Source of the DNA: Sandarakinorhabdus sp. | GTDB lineage: Bacteria; Pseudomonadota; Alphaproteobacteria; Sphingomonadales; Sphingomonadaceae | Assembly (NCBI GenBank): GCA_020693225.1 | Contig: JAIMJL010000003.1 | Coordinates: forward strand, 1-62,373 | Reading direction: 5' to 3' | DNA: 62,373 nucleotides | Shown: one piece after another, positions 10,348 through 23,172 of the stretch | Layout of the letters: each line of letters opens with the position of its first letter | Position numbering within the stretch: the first letter of the stretch is position 1 | Made by a program: the position numbers and the translations under genes | The notes under the pieces: model-generated | Told to the model about the DNA's origin: nothing | The model's database searches: none | The model's input: the letters and a program-made list of their open reading frames with translations, nothing else

Positions 10348-11588
10348 GCGAAGGCTCTGGCGGACAGCGCATCGGCCTTCGGGCCGACGGCTGCGAAGGC
10401 GGGAGCGGTGGTCAGCATGGCGGCACCCGCCGCGCGAACGGATTCCACCGTTGCGGCGTCTATCTCGGCGATCATTTCAGCGGCCGGGACGACACGATCG
10501 AACACCAGCAGGCTGCGGCCAAGCCAGTCGGATTGGCCGGAACAGCCTTCCAGCGCCATCAGCAGGCCGGCCTTCAGCTGGGCTTTCGCGCGGCGGAGTT
10601 CGGCTTCGCTCAACGTCGCGGCGGTCTGGGCAAGAACATCACGGGCCAGGGCGAGCGCGGTGGCGGCATCCTTGGGGCGGGTCGCGGCATAGAGAGAGAG
10701 GATCCCGGAGTCGCTGTGCGGGCTGTGCGAGGCGCTCACTGAATAAGCGAGGCCACGCTCTTCGCGCAGCTCCTGGAACAGCCGCGACGACATCCCGCCG
10801 CCAAGCGCGGTGGCAAACAATTGTGCCGCATAATAGTCGGGCGCGCGGGAATGCGGGCCTTCATAGGCGAGGGTAAGGTGCATCTGTTCGGACTTGCGCG
10901 CCTCACCAATGCTGCCGCCAACCCAGCGCGAGGCTTCGGACGCAGACGGCGTTGACACCGCGATTGACCCGAACAAGGCTTCAGCCTGCCGAACCAGCCG
11001 ATCGTGATCGACGCGACCTGCGGCAGCGAGAACCAGGTTGCCGGCGCGATAGTGGCTGCTGCGCCAATGCGAAAGCGATGCGCAATCGAGACTTTCGAGG
11101 CTGGCGGGTGTGCCGAGGATGGGTCGTCCGATCGCTTGCTCCGGATAGCAGCGGTCTTGCAGCAGATCGAACACCAGATCATCGGGCGTATCGAAAGCCT
11201 CGCCGATTTCTGAGAGGACGACGGCCTTTTCCCGCTCCAGATCATCGGCATCGAAGCGCGGCGCATTTACCAGATCGGCAATCATGTCCACCGCAAGCGG
11301 CAGGTCTGCGGCCAGCGTGCGGCCATGAAATACGGTCATGTCGCGCGAGGTCCAGGCATTCAGCGAGCCGCCGACATCCTCGATTTCCTCGGCGATGCGG
11401 CGCGCGGTGCGGCTGGCGGTGCCCTTGAACAGCATATGTTCGAACAGGTGTGCGAGGCCGTTTTGCTCTGCGGTTTCGTGGCGGGCGCCGACGTTGGCGT
11501 TGAGGCCGACGGCGGCGGTTTCCACCCCGGGCATGGCAAGGCTTGCGATGGTGAAGCCGTTGGGAAGTGTGGTGATTTCCGGGATCAT
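10344..11588 (-). CDS. M16 (pitrilysin/MPP-like) zinc peptidase
   Basis: Inverted zinc motif HLFEH, SSRLFQELREERGLAYSV; ATG 11588 overlaps thrC stop. Confidence 0.93.
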   Translation of the reverse strand: MIPEITTLPNGFTIASLAMPGVETAAVGLNANVGARHETAEQNGLAHLFEHMLFKGTASRTARRIAEEIEDVGGSLNAWTSRDMTVFHGRTLAADLPLAVDMIADLVNAPRFDADDLEREKAVVLSEIGEAFDTPDDLVFDLLQDRCYPEQAIGRPILGTPASLESLDCASLSHWRSSHYRAGNLVLAAAGRVDHDRLVRQAEALFGSIAVSTPSASEASRWVGGSIGEARKSEQMHLTLAYEGPHSRAPDYYAAQLFATALGGGMSSRLFQELREERGLAYSVSASHSPHSDSGILSLYAATRPKDAATALALARDVLAQTAATLSEAELRRAKAQLKAGLLMALEGCSGQSDWLGRSLLVFDRVVPAAEMIAEIDAATVESVRAAGAAMLTTAPAFAAVGPKADALSARAFA

Positions 11589-12970
11589 TCGGTGCCTGCG
11601 ATATGGGCTTTCAGCGCATCGATATCGGCGGGCAGGCGCTCGAAGCGTTCGGCGCGCTCGAAAATGTGGGCGATGCGGCGGGGTAGCGGCGGTCGGACAC
11701 CGGCAGATCGTTCGACAGCATCGGGGAACTTTGCCGGGTGGGCAGTGGCCAGCGTGACGATCGGGCCTTGCAGGGCACTGGCGTGCTTGCGCGCTGCGGC
11801 AAGACCGACGGCGGTGTGCGGATCGATCAGCTGGCCGCATTGCGACCAGGCCCAGCGCAGGCTTTGCATCATGCGGTCTTCGGCTACTGTTTCAGCAAGG
11901 AAGAGCGCACTCGCCTGTGTGCGCTGATCATCAGTGAGGGCCATTTTGCCGGTGGCTTCGAACACCGCCATGGCCGCCGCACAGGCGATTCCGTCACGTC
12001 CGTGCAGATCGAATAGCAGTCGTTCGAAATTGCTCGATACCTGAATGTCCATCGAAGGAGTGGTGGTGGGCGTGACGCTGCCAACCGAATAGTCACCCTG
12101 GTTAAGGGCACGAGCGAGGATGTCGTTCACGTTGGTGGCAACCAGCAGCTTGCCTACGGACAAGCCCATTTGCGCCGCCGCATAGCCGGCAAACACATCG
12201 CCGAAATTGCCGGTGGGGACGGCGAAGTTGATGAGGCGCTCTGGCGCGCCGAGGCGGACGGCGGCGTAAAAATAATAGACGATCTGGGCCAGCAGACGGG
12301 CCCAGTTGATGCTGTTGACGGCGGAAAGATTGTGTTTTGCCCGGAAGGGCGCGTCGTTGAACAGCGCCTTCACCAGAGCCTGAGCATCATCGAAGGTGCC
12401 ATCGATAGCAATGTTGTGGACATTGGCGGCCTGGATGGTTGTCATCTGGCGGCGCTGCACATCGCTGACCCGCCCGTTGGGATGCAGCATGAAGATGGAA
12501 ATGCCGGGCCGACCGGCCACGGCATGAATGGCAGCCGATCCGGTGTCGCCACTGGTGGCGCCCACGATGGTAAGGTCGCGCGACGGATCGATGAATTCGG
12601 CGAACAGGCCGCCCAGCAACTGCAGCGCAATGTCCTTGAAGGCAAGCGTGGGGCCATGGAACAGCTCCAGCAGCCAGTGACGGTGATCGAGCTGCACCAG
12701 CGGCGCGACTGCCGCATGGCCGAAATCGCCGTAGGCGGCGGCAATCAGGCGTTGCAGATTGGCGTCGTCGAGGCTGCCGGCAACGAAGGGCTGGAGGATG
12801 CGGAAGGCGGTATCGGCGTAGGAGAGGCCAGCCATCGCGGCAATGGCGTCGGCGGAGAAGCGCGGCCATTCGCGCGGCACATAGAGGCCACCGTCGCTGG
12901 CGAGGCCGGCGAGCGTCGCGGCGCGGAAATCGAGGGCGGGGGCAGAGCCGCGTGTGCTGATATAGTCCAT
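11585..12970 (-). CDS. thrC: threonine synthase
   Basis: MDYISTRG, ELFHGPTLAFKD, ATSGDTGSA, NSINWARL, TAHPAKF. Confidence 0.97.
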   Translation of the reverse strand: MDYISTRGSAPALDFRAATLAGLASDGGLYVPREWPRFSADAIAAMAGLSYADTAFRILQPFVAGSLDDANLQRLIAAAYGDFGHAAVAPLVQLDHRHWLLELFHGPTLAFKDIALQLLGGLFAEFIDPSRDLTIVGATSGDTGSAAIHAVAGRPGISIFMLHPNGRVSDVQRRQMTTIQAANVHNIAIDGTFDDAQALVKALFNDAPFRAKHNLSAVNSINWARLLAQIVYYFYAAVRLGAPERLINFAVPTGNFGDVFAGYAAAQMGLSVGKLLVATNVNDILARALNQGDYSVGSVTPTTTPSMDIQVSSNFERLLFDLHGRDGIACAAAMAVFEATGKMALTDDQRTQASALFLAETVAEDRMMQSLRWAWSQCGQLIDPHTAVGLAAARKHASALQGPIVTLATAHPAKFPDAVERSAGVRPPLPRRIAHIFERAERFERLPADIDALKAHIAGTE

Positions 12971-12982
12971 GCTGGGCGTGGG

Positions 12983-13549
12983 TTAGGCGGTGGGTGGCGC
13001 GGGCGCAAGTTTCCAGCGCCGGAGATACAGTGCATAGATCACGGCGAGGATCGCGGCGAAGCTGAACCACTGGATGGCGTAAGACAGATGGTTGTTGGAG
13101 ATGGTGTCGGGGCCGGGAGCGGCGCTGGGCACCAGCGGCGGGACTGCATCGCTGGAAACGAGGAGCCAGCCCCCTTCGCCGGTGCGGACCAATGTCCCTT
13201 TGAAGGCGCGGGAAACCGGTTTGTCGATTACCGGATCTGGCCGGGCAGACCATCCGGTATCGAGCAGCACAGGCTGCATGCCGGCCCGGCAGGTTTGGAT
13301 GTGCGAATAGCCGGACTGGCCCTGGAGATTGCGGCCGGCGCGGGCGCTGGATGGCCCACCCTTGCACCGCAACCGCAGCCTCACGCTCCGAAACTGGGCG
13401 CTCTCCGGGATTGGGCCGATGCCGAGGTCCAGCACGGGCGCACTGCTGTTGGCCGCCAACTCTAGCAGCAGCGCCTCTTTCCACTGCATGCGCTGCAATT
13501 GCCACAGGCCGAAGCCGACAAGGATGGGCAGCGCGAACGCCACCATCAC
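12983..13549 (-). CDS. SURF1/Shy1 cytochrome oxidase assembly protein
   Basis: GFGLWQLQRMQWKEAL and NNHLSYAIQWF motifs; start uncertain (GTG 13549, ATG 13546 or further upstream). Confidence 0.88.
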   Translation of the reverse strand: MMVAFALPILVGFGLWQLQRMQWKEALLLELAANSSAPVLDLGIGPIPESAQFRSVRLRLRCKGGPSSARAGRNLQGQSGYSHIQTCRAGMQPVLLDTGWSARPDPVIDKPVSRAFKGTLVRTGEGGWLLVSSDAVPPLVPSAAPGPDTISNNHLSYAIQWFSFAAILAVIYALYLRRWKLAPAPPTA

Positions 13550-13556
13550 GGTTGGC

Positions 13557-13592
13557 AAAACAGGAAAGCCCCGACGGTTTCCCGCCGGGGCC
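13557..13592 (-). terminator. terminator-like hairpin downstream of cox3
   Basis: Minus strand GGCCCCGGCGG-GAAA-CCGTCGGGGCT followed by TTCCTGTTTT. Confidence 0.6.
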
Positions 13593-13616
13593 TCCAGATG
13601 TCCAGTGGGAGGCGGG

Positions 13617-14441
13617 CTAGTGGCCAACCACGGCGGCCCCGAAGTTGGAACCCCAGATGTAGATGGTGAGGAACAGGAAAAGCCAGACGACATCGACGAA
13701 ATGCCAGTACCAGGCGGCCGCCTCGAATCCGAAATGCTGCTTGGGCGTGAAATCGCCCTGATAGGTGCGCCACAGGCAGACGGCGAGGAAGATCGTGCCG
13801 ATAACGACGTGGAAGCCGTGGAAGCCGGTCGCCATGTAGAAGGTGGCGCCATAGATGTTGCCGGCCATGCCGAAGGTGGCGTGGCTGTATTCATAGGCTT
13901 GCAGCGCCGAAAACAGCAGGCCCAGGATTACGGTAGCCCACAGCCCCTGTTTCAGGCCCTCGCGGTCGCCATGGATGAGCGAATGGTGCGCCCAGGTAAC
14001 GGTGGTGCCGGAGAGCAGCAGGATGAGGGTGTTGAGCAGCGGATAGACGAACGGATCGAGCGGCTCGATGCCGACCGGCGGCCAGACCCCGCCGACCGCT
14101 TCGCCCGGATGCGGGAACAGCGAGGCGGCAAAGAAGGCCCAGAACCAGGCGACGAAGAACATGACTTCCGATGCAATGAACAGGATCATGCCGTAGCGAT
14201 GGTGGAGCTGGACAATGGGGGTGTGATCGCCGCTGTTCGCTTCGGTGCGGACATCGGCCCACCAGAAGAAGCTGGTGGCCAGCACACCCACGAGACCAAC
14301 CGCAGAGACCAGCCAGCCGAGTGAAAGCTCATGCCACCAGGCGACGAAGCCGCCCAGCATTACCATGGCGGAAATCGCACCCATCAGCGGCCAGGGGCTA
14401 GGGGGCAGGATGTGAAAATCGTGAGTCTTGCCGGATGCCAT
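13617..14441 (-). CDS. ctaE: cytochrome c oxidase subunit III
   Basis: [48 protein letters not shown]. Confidence 0.96.
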   Translation of the reverse strand: MASGKTHDFHILPPSPWPLMGAISAMVMLGGFVAWWHELSLGWLVSAVGLVGVLATSFFWWADVRTEANSGDHTPIVQLHHRYGMILFIASEVMFFVAWFWAFFAASLFPHPGEAVGGVWPPVGIEPLDPFVYPLLNTLILLLSGTTVTWAHHSLIHGDREGLKQGLWATVILGLLFSALQAYEYSHATFGMAGNIYGATFYMATGFHGFHVVIGTIFLAVCLWRTYQGDFTPKQHFGFEAAAWYWHFVDVVWLFLFLTIYIWGSNFGAAVVGH

Positions 14442-14501
14442 TGTCGTCACCTGTTGTCGTTTGAAAGGGCTTTAGTCCAGCATGTGCGGGTGCGCCAGAC
14501 T

Positions 14502-15119
14502 TTAGCGTGCAGGAATATCAGCCTTGCCGGTCGCATAGATGCCGGGCGCGCGGGTTGGCGCCTCCACCGGAAAGAAGGTGTAGGACAAGGTGATTTCATC
14601 GATGTTGCGCGCATCGGGATCATCAAGGATGGCCGGATCGACATAATAGACGATCGGCATTTCCACCTTCTGGCCGGGTTGCAGGGTTTGCTCGTTAAAG
14701 CAGAAGCACTGGATCTTCACGAAGTATTTTCCGGCAGCTGCGGGCGAGACGTTGAAGGTGGCAGTGCCGGTGGTGGCAGAGGAGGCGCTGCTGGCGGCGC
14801 TGTAATAGGCCATCGCCTGCTCGCCGATCTTGATCTGCACGCGATTGTCGACCGGGGCAAAATCCCAGGGCAGGCCGCGCACATTGCCATCGAAGCGCAC
14901 CTTGATGCTGCGGCCACCCAGCGCCTGCAGCTGTTCCGGTGTGGCAAGGCCGGTGATGCTGCCGGCCTGGGTGGTGCCGCCGAAGCCGGTGACCTGGCAG
15001 AAGATGCGATACAGCGGCACGCTGGCATAGGCGAGGCCCACCATGCCGAGGGCGATGAGGGCGGCCAGTATACCGGTGCGGATACGGGCACTTTGGGAAT
15101 GTGTGAGGGTGGCACTCAT
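14502..15119 (-). CDS. ctaG: cytochrome c oxidase assembly protein CtaG/Cox11
   Basis: VPLYRIFCQVTGFGGT and KIQCFCF copper motif. Confidence 0.96.
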   Translation of the reverse strand: MSATLTHSQSARIRTGILAALIALGMVGLAYASVPLYRIFCQVTGFGGTTQAGSITGLATPEQLQALGGRSIKVRFDGNVRGLPWDFAPVDNRVQIKIGEQAMAYYSAASSASSATTGTATFNVSPAAAGKYFVKIQCFCFNEQTLQPGQKVEMPIVYYVDPAILDDPDARNIDEITLSYTFFPVEAPTRAPGIYATGKADIPAR

Positions 15120-15247
15120 CCGGCGATCCTTGAGATGGTGATTCCGTAGAACAGCACGGCGAAACCCGCGAGGACGATGGCTATCACCAGATTGCGCTTG
15201 CGCCGACGGGCCACGAAGGCCGCTTCCTCCTGCGGTGTCCAGCTCAT
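15116..15247 (-). CDS. small membrane protein of the cox cluster (CoxF-like)
   Basis: 43 aa MSWTPQEEAAFVARRRKRNLVIAIVLAGFAVLFYGITISRIAG between ctaB and ctaG; stop overlaps ctaG start. Confidence 0.75.
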   Translation of the reverse strand: MSWTPQEEAAFVARRRKRNLVIAIVLAGFAVLFYGITISRIAG

Positions 15248-15254
15248 CGGCGGC

Positions 15255-16183
15255 TCAGGCGCGCAGCACGAGGGCATCTGCCACCAGCAGCGCAAACAGC
15301 AGGAACAGATAGAGGATCGAGAATTTGAACAGGCGCTTTTCGGCGAGCATCTCGGCTGGCTCTTCCGCTGTGGCGCGAGCAACCTGAATGGCCAGAACGA
15401 GGAAGATGCTACCCAGAATGGCGGCAGACATGCCGTAGAGCATGCCGGTCAATCCAAGTGCAAAGGGGGCGACACTGACGGCCAGCAGGACCACGCTGTA
15501 GATCAGGATCTGCTTGCGGGTTTCAGCCAGCCCGTGCGTCAGCGGCAACATCGGCATCTGGGCGTTGGCATAGTCGCGGCGGATGAACATCGCCAGCGCC
15601 CAGAAATGTGGCGGGGTCCAGGCGAAGATGATCGCAAACAGCAGCAGAGGAAGGGCCGTTACATCGCCGGTAACAGCGGCCCAGCCGATGACAGGGGGAA
15701 AGGCACCTGCCGCCCCGCCAATCACGATGTTCTGCGGCGTATTGGGCTTCAGCCAGATGGTGTAGATCACGGCATAGAAGAAAATGCCGAGTGCAAGAAT
15801 GCCGGCGGCGACCCAATTGGTCGCGAGCCAGAGGGTCATCACCGAGGCAGCCGACAGGATGATGGCAAAGCCCAGCGCATCTTCGCGCCGCAACCGACCG
15901 GCGGGGAGTGGCCGGTTGGCTGTGCGCTTCATCAAGCCATCCGTGTCAGCCTCAAGCCATTGGTTGAAGGCACCGGAAGCGCCTGCGCCCACCGCAATGC
16001 AGAGAATGGCAACGAAGGAGAGGAAGGGCGACAGGGTTCCGGGTGCCACGATCAGGCCGCAGGCAGCCGTGAACACCACCAGGGTCATCACGCGCGGCTT
16101 CAGCAGCGCCCAGAAATCCCGCCATTCCGCAACCGGCAATGCAATGCCGGCCGGAGTTTCCTCAAGCTGCGCGATATGGCCCA

Positions 16184-16184
<1 letters not shown>
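15255..16184 (-). CDS. ctaB: protoheme IX farnesyltransferase (heme o synthase)
   Basis: [45 protein letters not shown]. Confidence 0.96.
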
Positions 16185-18974
<2,790 letters not shown>

Positions 18975-19157
18975 TCCGTGTCCTTCAAATCCCCCGGAAC
19001 GCTTTGCACGCCGAGTCCAATCTTACCGTCGGGCTATAGGCGGCTGTTTCATTCGCCTCAAGTCAGCATCCGGCTGTGCGACACCAGCGCCGATCGGCGC
19101 ATCGGCCGATCCTGGCTGCCGATCCTGGCTACCGATCGTGGCTCCTGCCGCGAGCGG

Positions 19158-19976
19158 TCAAGCGGCAAGGTCGGCAAATTCCGCCTTGGCCTTGGTCATC
19201 TGCGCCAGCACCGCGGCCTGCATGTCTTCGCCCTGCAACATGGCAGCATTCCATACGGCCACATATTCCAGCCCCTGCGCCACCGTCATGTCGCGGCCGG
19301 CATTCAGCACCTGCTTGATGCCGGCGATGGCAAGCGGGCTCTTGGATGCAATCTCATACGCCAGCTGCATGGCTGCATCCACCGTTTCGGCATGGCTCGG
19401 CAGAAGCCGGTTCAGAAAGCCCTGCGCCTGCGCTTCGGCGCCCGTCCAGCGCCGGCCGGTGTAGGCCAGCTCGCGGATCAGGCCCTGCGGCAGCAGGTGC
19501 GGTATGCGTTGCAGCGTGCCCACGTCGGCAACGATGGCGATGTTAACCTCCTGGATGGTGAAGAAGCTATCTTCGGAGCCGACGCGCAAATCGCAGGCGG
19601 TGATAAAATCGACGCCGCCGCCGATGCAGCCGCCCTGGATGGCGGCAATCACCGGCACGCGGCATTGATCCACCACCGTGAAGGTGTTTTGCATTGCATG
19701 CACGTGGCGGCGGAACTTCTCGCGCGCACGCCCGGCGTCGCCGGCCTTGTTGGCAAGCGTTTGCCCGGCCCATTTGAGATCCAGCCCGGCGGTGAAATGC
19801 TTGCCGGTCGAGGAAATGACCACGGCGCGGATGGCGGGAGTGGCATCGATTTCGGCAAACACTTCCGGGATCTCGCGCCAGAATGCCGCATTCATCGTGT
19901 TGAGCTCTTGTGGGCGATTGAGCCGCACATGGGCGATTGCCCCTTCAACCAGATAGTCAAACGTGGTGTAGGTCAT
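19158..19976 (-). CDS. enoyl-CoA hydratase/isomerase (crotonase family)
   Basis: LNRPQELN, FTAGLDL, CIGGGVD, ADVGTLQR. Confidence 0.92.
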   Translation of the reverse strand: MTYTTFDYLVEGAIAHVRLNRPQELNTMNAAFWREIPEVFAEIDATPAIRAVVISSTGKHFTAGLDLKWAGQTLANKAGDAGRAREKFRRHVHAMQNTFTVVDQCRVPVIAAIQGGCIGGGVDFITACDLRVGSEDSFFTIQEVNIAIVADVGTLQRIPHLLPQGLIRELAYTGRRWTGAEAQAQGFLNRLLPSHAETVDAAMQLAYEIASKSPLAIAGIKQVLNAGRDMTVAQGLEYVAVWNAAMLQGEDMQAAVLAQMTKAKAEFADLAA

Positions 19977-20016
19977 GCTGTTTCCCTTGCCGGTTCGGTT
20001 TGCTATGTCCGGGTGC

Positions 20017-20472
20017 ATGACTCGCTTCACTGTCAACGGCAACCCTGTCGAATATCAGCTGGCACCCGACACGCCGCTGCTATGGGCGCTGCGCGACGCC
20101 TCCAACCTCACCGGCACCAAATATGGCTGCGGCGCCGGGCTGTGTGGTGCCTGCACGGTGCATGTCGATGGCGTGCCGACGCGGTCCTGCCAGGTGGCCA
20201 TCGGCGCGCTGGAAGGCACGTTCATCACCACCATTGAAGCGCTTTCGGACAACCGCGACCATCCCGTGCAACAGGCCTGGATCGAGAAGCAGGTGCCGCA
20301 GTGCGGATACTGCCAATCGGGCATGATCATGGCGGCGGTGGCGCTGCTGAAGGCGAACCCGGCACCGACGCGCGAAATGATCCGCGAACAGATCACCAAC
20401 ATCTGCCGCTGCGGCACCTATCCGCGGATCGAGGAGGCGGTGCTGCGCGCGGCGGAAATTGCGCGGGGATAG
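20017..20472 (+). CDS. 2Fe-2S subunit, isoquinoline 1-oxidoreductase alpha/CoxS family
   Basis: GTKYGCGAGLCGACTV, QCGYCQSG, NICRCGTY. Confidence 0.93.
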   Translation: MTRFTVNGNPVEYQLAPDTPLLWALRDASNLTGTKYGCGAGLCGACTVHVDGVPTRSCQVAIGALEGTFITTIEALSDNRDHPVQQAWIEKQVPQCGYCQSGMIMAAVALLKANPAPTREMIREQITNICRCGTYPRIEEAVLRAAEIARG

Positions 20473-20493
20473 CAGGCACCCGGCCTCTGGCGG

Positions 20494-20514
20494 GCAGGGG
20501 GATGATCCCCCTGC
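20494..20514. terminator. hairpin between convergent genes
   Basis: GCAGGGGGAT-G-ATCCCCCTGC perfect inverted repeat; no U tract. Confidence 0.45.
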
Positions 20515-20549
20515 AACCCGCGGATTTCCGGAATGTAACCACAGCCTGC

Positions 20550-20598
20550 CGATGCGGAGTCTGGCGATCCGGAGTCTGGCGATCCGGAGTCTGGCGAT
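20550..20598. repeat. 15-bp tandem repeat, about 3.3 copies
   Basis: CGATGCGGAGTCTGG CGATCCGGAGTCTGG CGATCCGGAGTCTGG CGAT. Confidence 0.9.
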
Positions 20599-20610
20599 TA
20601 GGGCAGCGGC

Positions 20611-22326
20611 TCAGATATCGGCGTATATGTGGCGTTCCATTTTCGCGCCCGGATGCGTCACCGCGCCAAGGCTCGCGGGGCCGACATTTTGGGCGTAGCG
20701 CCACAGCGCGCCGGACTGGTAATCGTTGGTGCGCGGCTGCCACTGGGCGCGACGGGTGGCGAGGATATCGTCTGCCACCAGCAGGTCGATGGTTCCGGCG
20801 ACCGCGTCGATGCGGATGCGGTCACCGTTTTCGATCAGCGCGATGGGGCCGCCGTCTGCCGCTTCGGGGCCGACATGGCCGATGCAGAAGCCGCGGGTGG
20901 CGCCGCTGAAGCGGCCGTCCGTTATCAGGGCGACACTGTCTCCCATGCCTTGGCCATAGAGGGCGGCGGTGGTGGAGAGCATTTCGCGCATGCCGGGGCC
21001 GCCTTTCGGGCCTTCGTAGCGGATGACGATCACTTCGCCCTGGCGGATTTCGCGCGCTTCGACGGCGGCGAAGCAATCTTCCTCGCAATCAAAAACCCGC
21101 GCCGGGCCTTCGAATTCCAGGACGTGCAGGCCGGCGACCTTCACGATGGCGCCGTCTGGCGCCAGGCTGCCGCGCAGGCCGACGACCCCGCCGGTGGGTG
21201 ACAGCGGGGCGGAGACCGGGCGGATGACGTCCTGGTCCGGATTCCAGCGGATTTCGGCGAGATTTTCGGCGAGCGTCTTCCCGGTGACGGTGAGGCAGTC
21301 GCCATGCAGCAGGCCGGCTTCGAGCAGGGTTTTCATGACCATGTAAACGCCGCCGGCGGCATGCATGTCTTTCGCGACATAGCGGCCGCCGGGTTGCAGG
21401 TCGGCGATGTAGGGGGTCGTCTTGAAGATTTCGGCGACGTCGAACAGTGTGAACTCTATCCCGGCTTCGTGCGCCATCGCCGGCAGGTGGAGCGCCGCGT
21501 TGGTGCTGCCACCGGTCGCGGCGACCACGCGGGCGGCGTTTTCGAAAGCCTCCAGCGTACAGATGTCGCGCGGGCGGATGTTGGCCTCCAGCATGCGCAT
21601 GACCGCGCGGCCGGCGTCCCGCGCGATCTCGGCGCGGCTTTCGTAGGGTGCGGGGGCCATGTTGCTGTTCGGCAGCGAAAGCCCGATGGCCTCCGCCACA
21701 CAGGCCATGGTGTTGGCGGTATATTGCCCGCCGCAGGCGCCGTGGCCGGGGCAGGCGACCTTTTCCAGCGCGATCAGCTCCGACAGGGGGCAGTTGCCGG
21801 CGGCGTGGCTTCCCACCGCCTCGAACACATCCTTCACGGTCACGTCTTTGCCGCCGAACTGGCCGGGAAGGATCGATCCGCCATAAACGAACACGCTCGG
21901 CACGTTCAGGCGCAGCATCGCCATCATCATGCCGGGAAGCGACTTGTCGCAACCGGCAAAGCCGATCAGCGCGTCGTAACAATGGCCGCGCATCGAAAGC
22001 TCGACCGAATCGGCGATCACCTCGCGCGAGGCGAGCGAGGATTTCATGCCCTGGTGGCCCATGGCAATGCCGTCTGTGACGGTGATGGTGTTGAAACGGC
22101 GCGGCATGCCGCCGCCTTCGATCACCCCTTCGCGAGCAATGTTGGCCTGCGCGTCCAGCGTGGTGTTGCAGGGCGCGCTGTCATTGCCGGCGCTGGCAAT
22201 GCCCACGAACGGGCGGGCGATCTCTTCCTCGGTGAGGCCCATGGCAAAATAATAGGAGCGGTGCGGCGCCTTGGACGGTCCAACCGACACATGGCGGCTG
22301 GGCAGGCGGGATTTGTCGAACGGCAT
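20611..22326 (-). CDS. ilvD: dihydroxy-acid dehydratase
   Basis: [45 protein letters not shown]. Confidence 0.96.
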   Translation of the reverse strand: MPFDKSRLPSRHVSVGPSKAPHRSYYFAMGLTEEEIARPFVGIASAGNDSAPCNTTLDAQANIAREGVIEGGGMPRRFNTITVTDGIAMGHQGMKSSLASREVIADSVELSMRGHCYDALIGFAGCDKSLPGMMMAMLRLNVPSVFVYGGSILPGQFGGKDVTVKDVFEAVGSHAAGNCPLSELIALEKVACPGHGACGGQYTANTMACVAEAIGLSLPNSNMAPAPYESRAEIARDAGRAVMRMLEANIRPRDICTLEAFENAARVVAATGGSTNAALHLPAMAHEAGIEFTLFDVAEIFKTTPYIADLQPGGRYVAKDMHAAGGVYMVMKTLLEAGLLHGDCLTVTGKTLAENLAEIRWNPDQDVIRPVSAPLSPTGGVVGLRGSLAPDGAIVKVAGLHVLEFEGPARVFDCEEDCFAAVEAREIRQGEVIVIRYEGPKGGPGMREMLSTTAALYGQGMGDSVALITDGRFSGATRGFCIGHVGPEAADGGPIALIENGDRIRIDAVAGTIDLLVADDILATRRAQWQPRTNDYQSGALWRYAQNVGPASLGAVTHPGAKMERHIYADI

Positions 22327-22571
22327 ATGGGCACTCCCTTTCGCGCCGCGTCATGCGGCGAGAGGAGGCTTGGCGTCAATCCGAAGGGTGCCGGGCGAAG
22401 GGCGGTGGCGAGCCATTTTGCCGATCACGGTTCCATGAACACTATTGTTGGAATAGCAAGTCCATGATAGCGAAGATAAGTGGGATATGGATTGGGTGCA
22501 AGTGGGGCTCCTGAAACAGCATGCCACGGGATTTCCGGGTCGCCCGGAAGCTAACAGTTGGGAGACTATCG

Positions 22572-23138
22572 ATGAAATTTGCAAAACTGCTTTCGCAATC
22601 GGCAATCGCCGCAGGACTGGCGCTTGCTGTTGCCACTCCGGCATCGGCGGCATGGGTTTTCGTCGGCAGCTGGTATGTTGGTGATGGCCCGGTTTGGACG
22701 TCAAATCCGGCGGTGCTGAACGGCCTTGAAACTGCCGCGCTGCTGTTTGGCGGCGCACCCGGCGACTATGCCATTTCGACCATCGACGCCAATCCGGCAA
22801 ACATCAATTTCTCGGCTTTTGTCGATGGCTGGGGCGATGAGCAATATCTGACGACTGCCGTTGCGCAGAACTACTCGCTCGACCTTGGCGCGCCGGGCTA
22901 CAATGATCCCGCCGGCGGCGGCACCGCCTATTCGGCCTGGGTGTTGGACCATAGCTGCTTCAACCGTTACAGTGACATCACATTGACCTGCGAGGCTGGT
23001 GAGCCTGGCTTGAACTATGCCTTCCGCAATGACGATGTGGTTGTTCCCGAGCCAGCCACCTGGGCAATGATGATCAGTGGCTTCGGGCTGGTGGGCTTTG
23101 CCGCTCGCCGCCGCCGCGAAACCAGCGTTTCGGCCTGA
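22572..23138 (+). CDS. PEPxxWA-CTERM exosortase-target surface protein
   Basis: Signal peptide ...ATPASA; C-terminal VPEPATWAMMISGFGLVGFAARRRR; GGAGA SD upstream. Confidence 0.93.
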   Translation: MKFAKLLSQSAIAAGLALAVATPASAAWVFVGSWYVGDGPVWTSNPAVLNGLETAALLFGGAPGDYAISTIDANPANINFSAFVDGWGDEQYLTTAVAQNYSLDLGAPGYNDPAGGGTAYSAWVLDHSCFNRYSDITLTCEAGEPGLNYAFRNDDVVVPEPATWAMMISGFGLVGFAARRRRETSVSA

Positions 23139-23146
23139 TTGTATCC

Positions 23147-23172
23147 GAAGGGGGCGCGGTTGCGCCCCCTTC
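23147..23172. terminator. hairpin between convergent genes
   Basis: GAAGGGGGCGC-GGTT-GCGCCCCCTTC. Confidence 0.7.

Noticed and set aside
20550-20598. Mini CRISPR array (also considered for 24006 and 58348)
   Set aside because: Units are directly adjacent with no spacers, are too short, and no cas genes are present.
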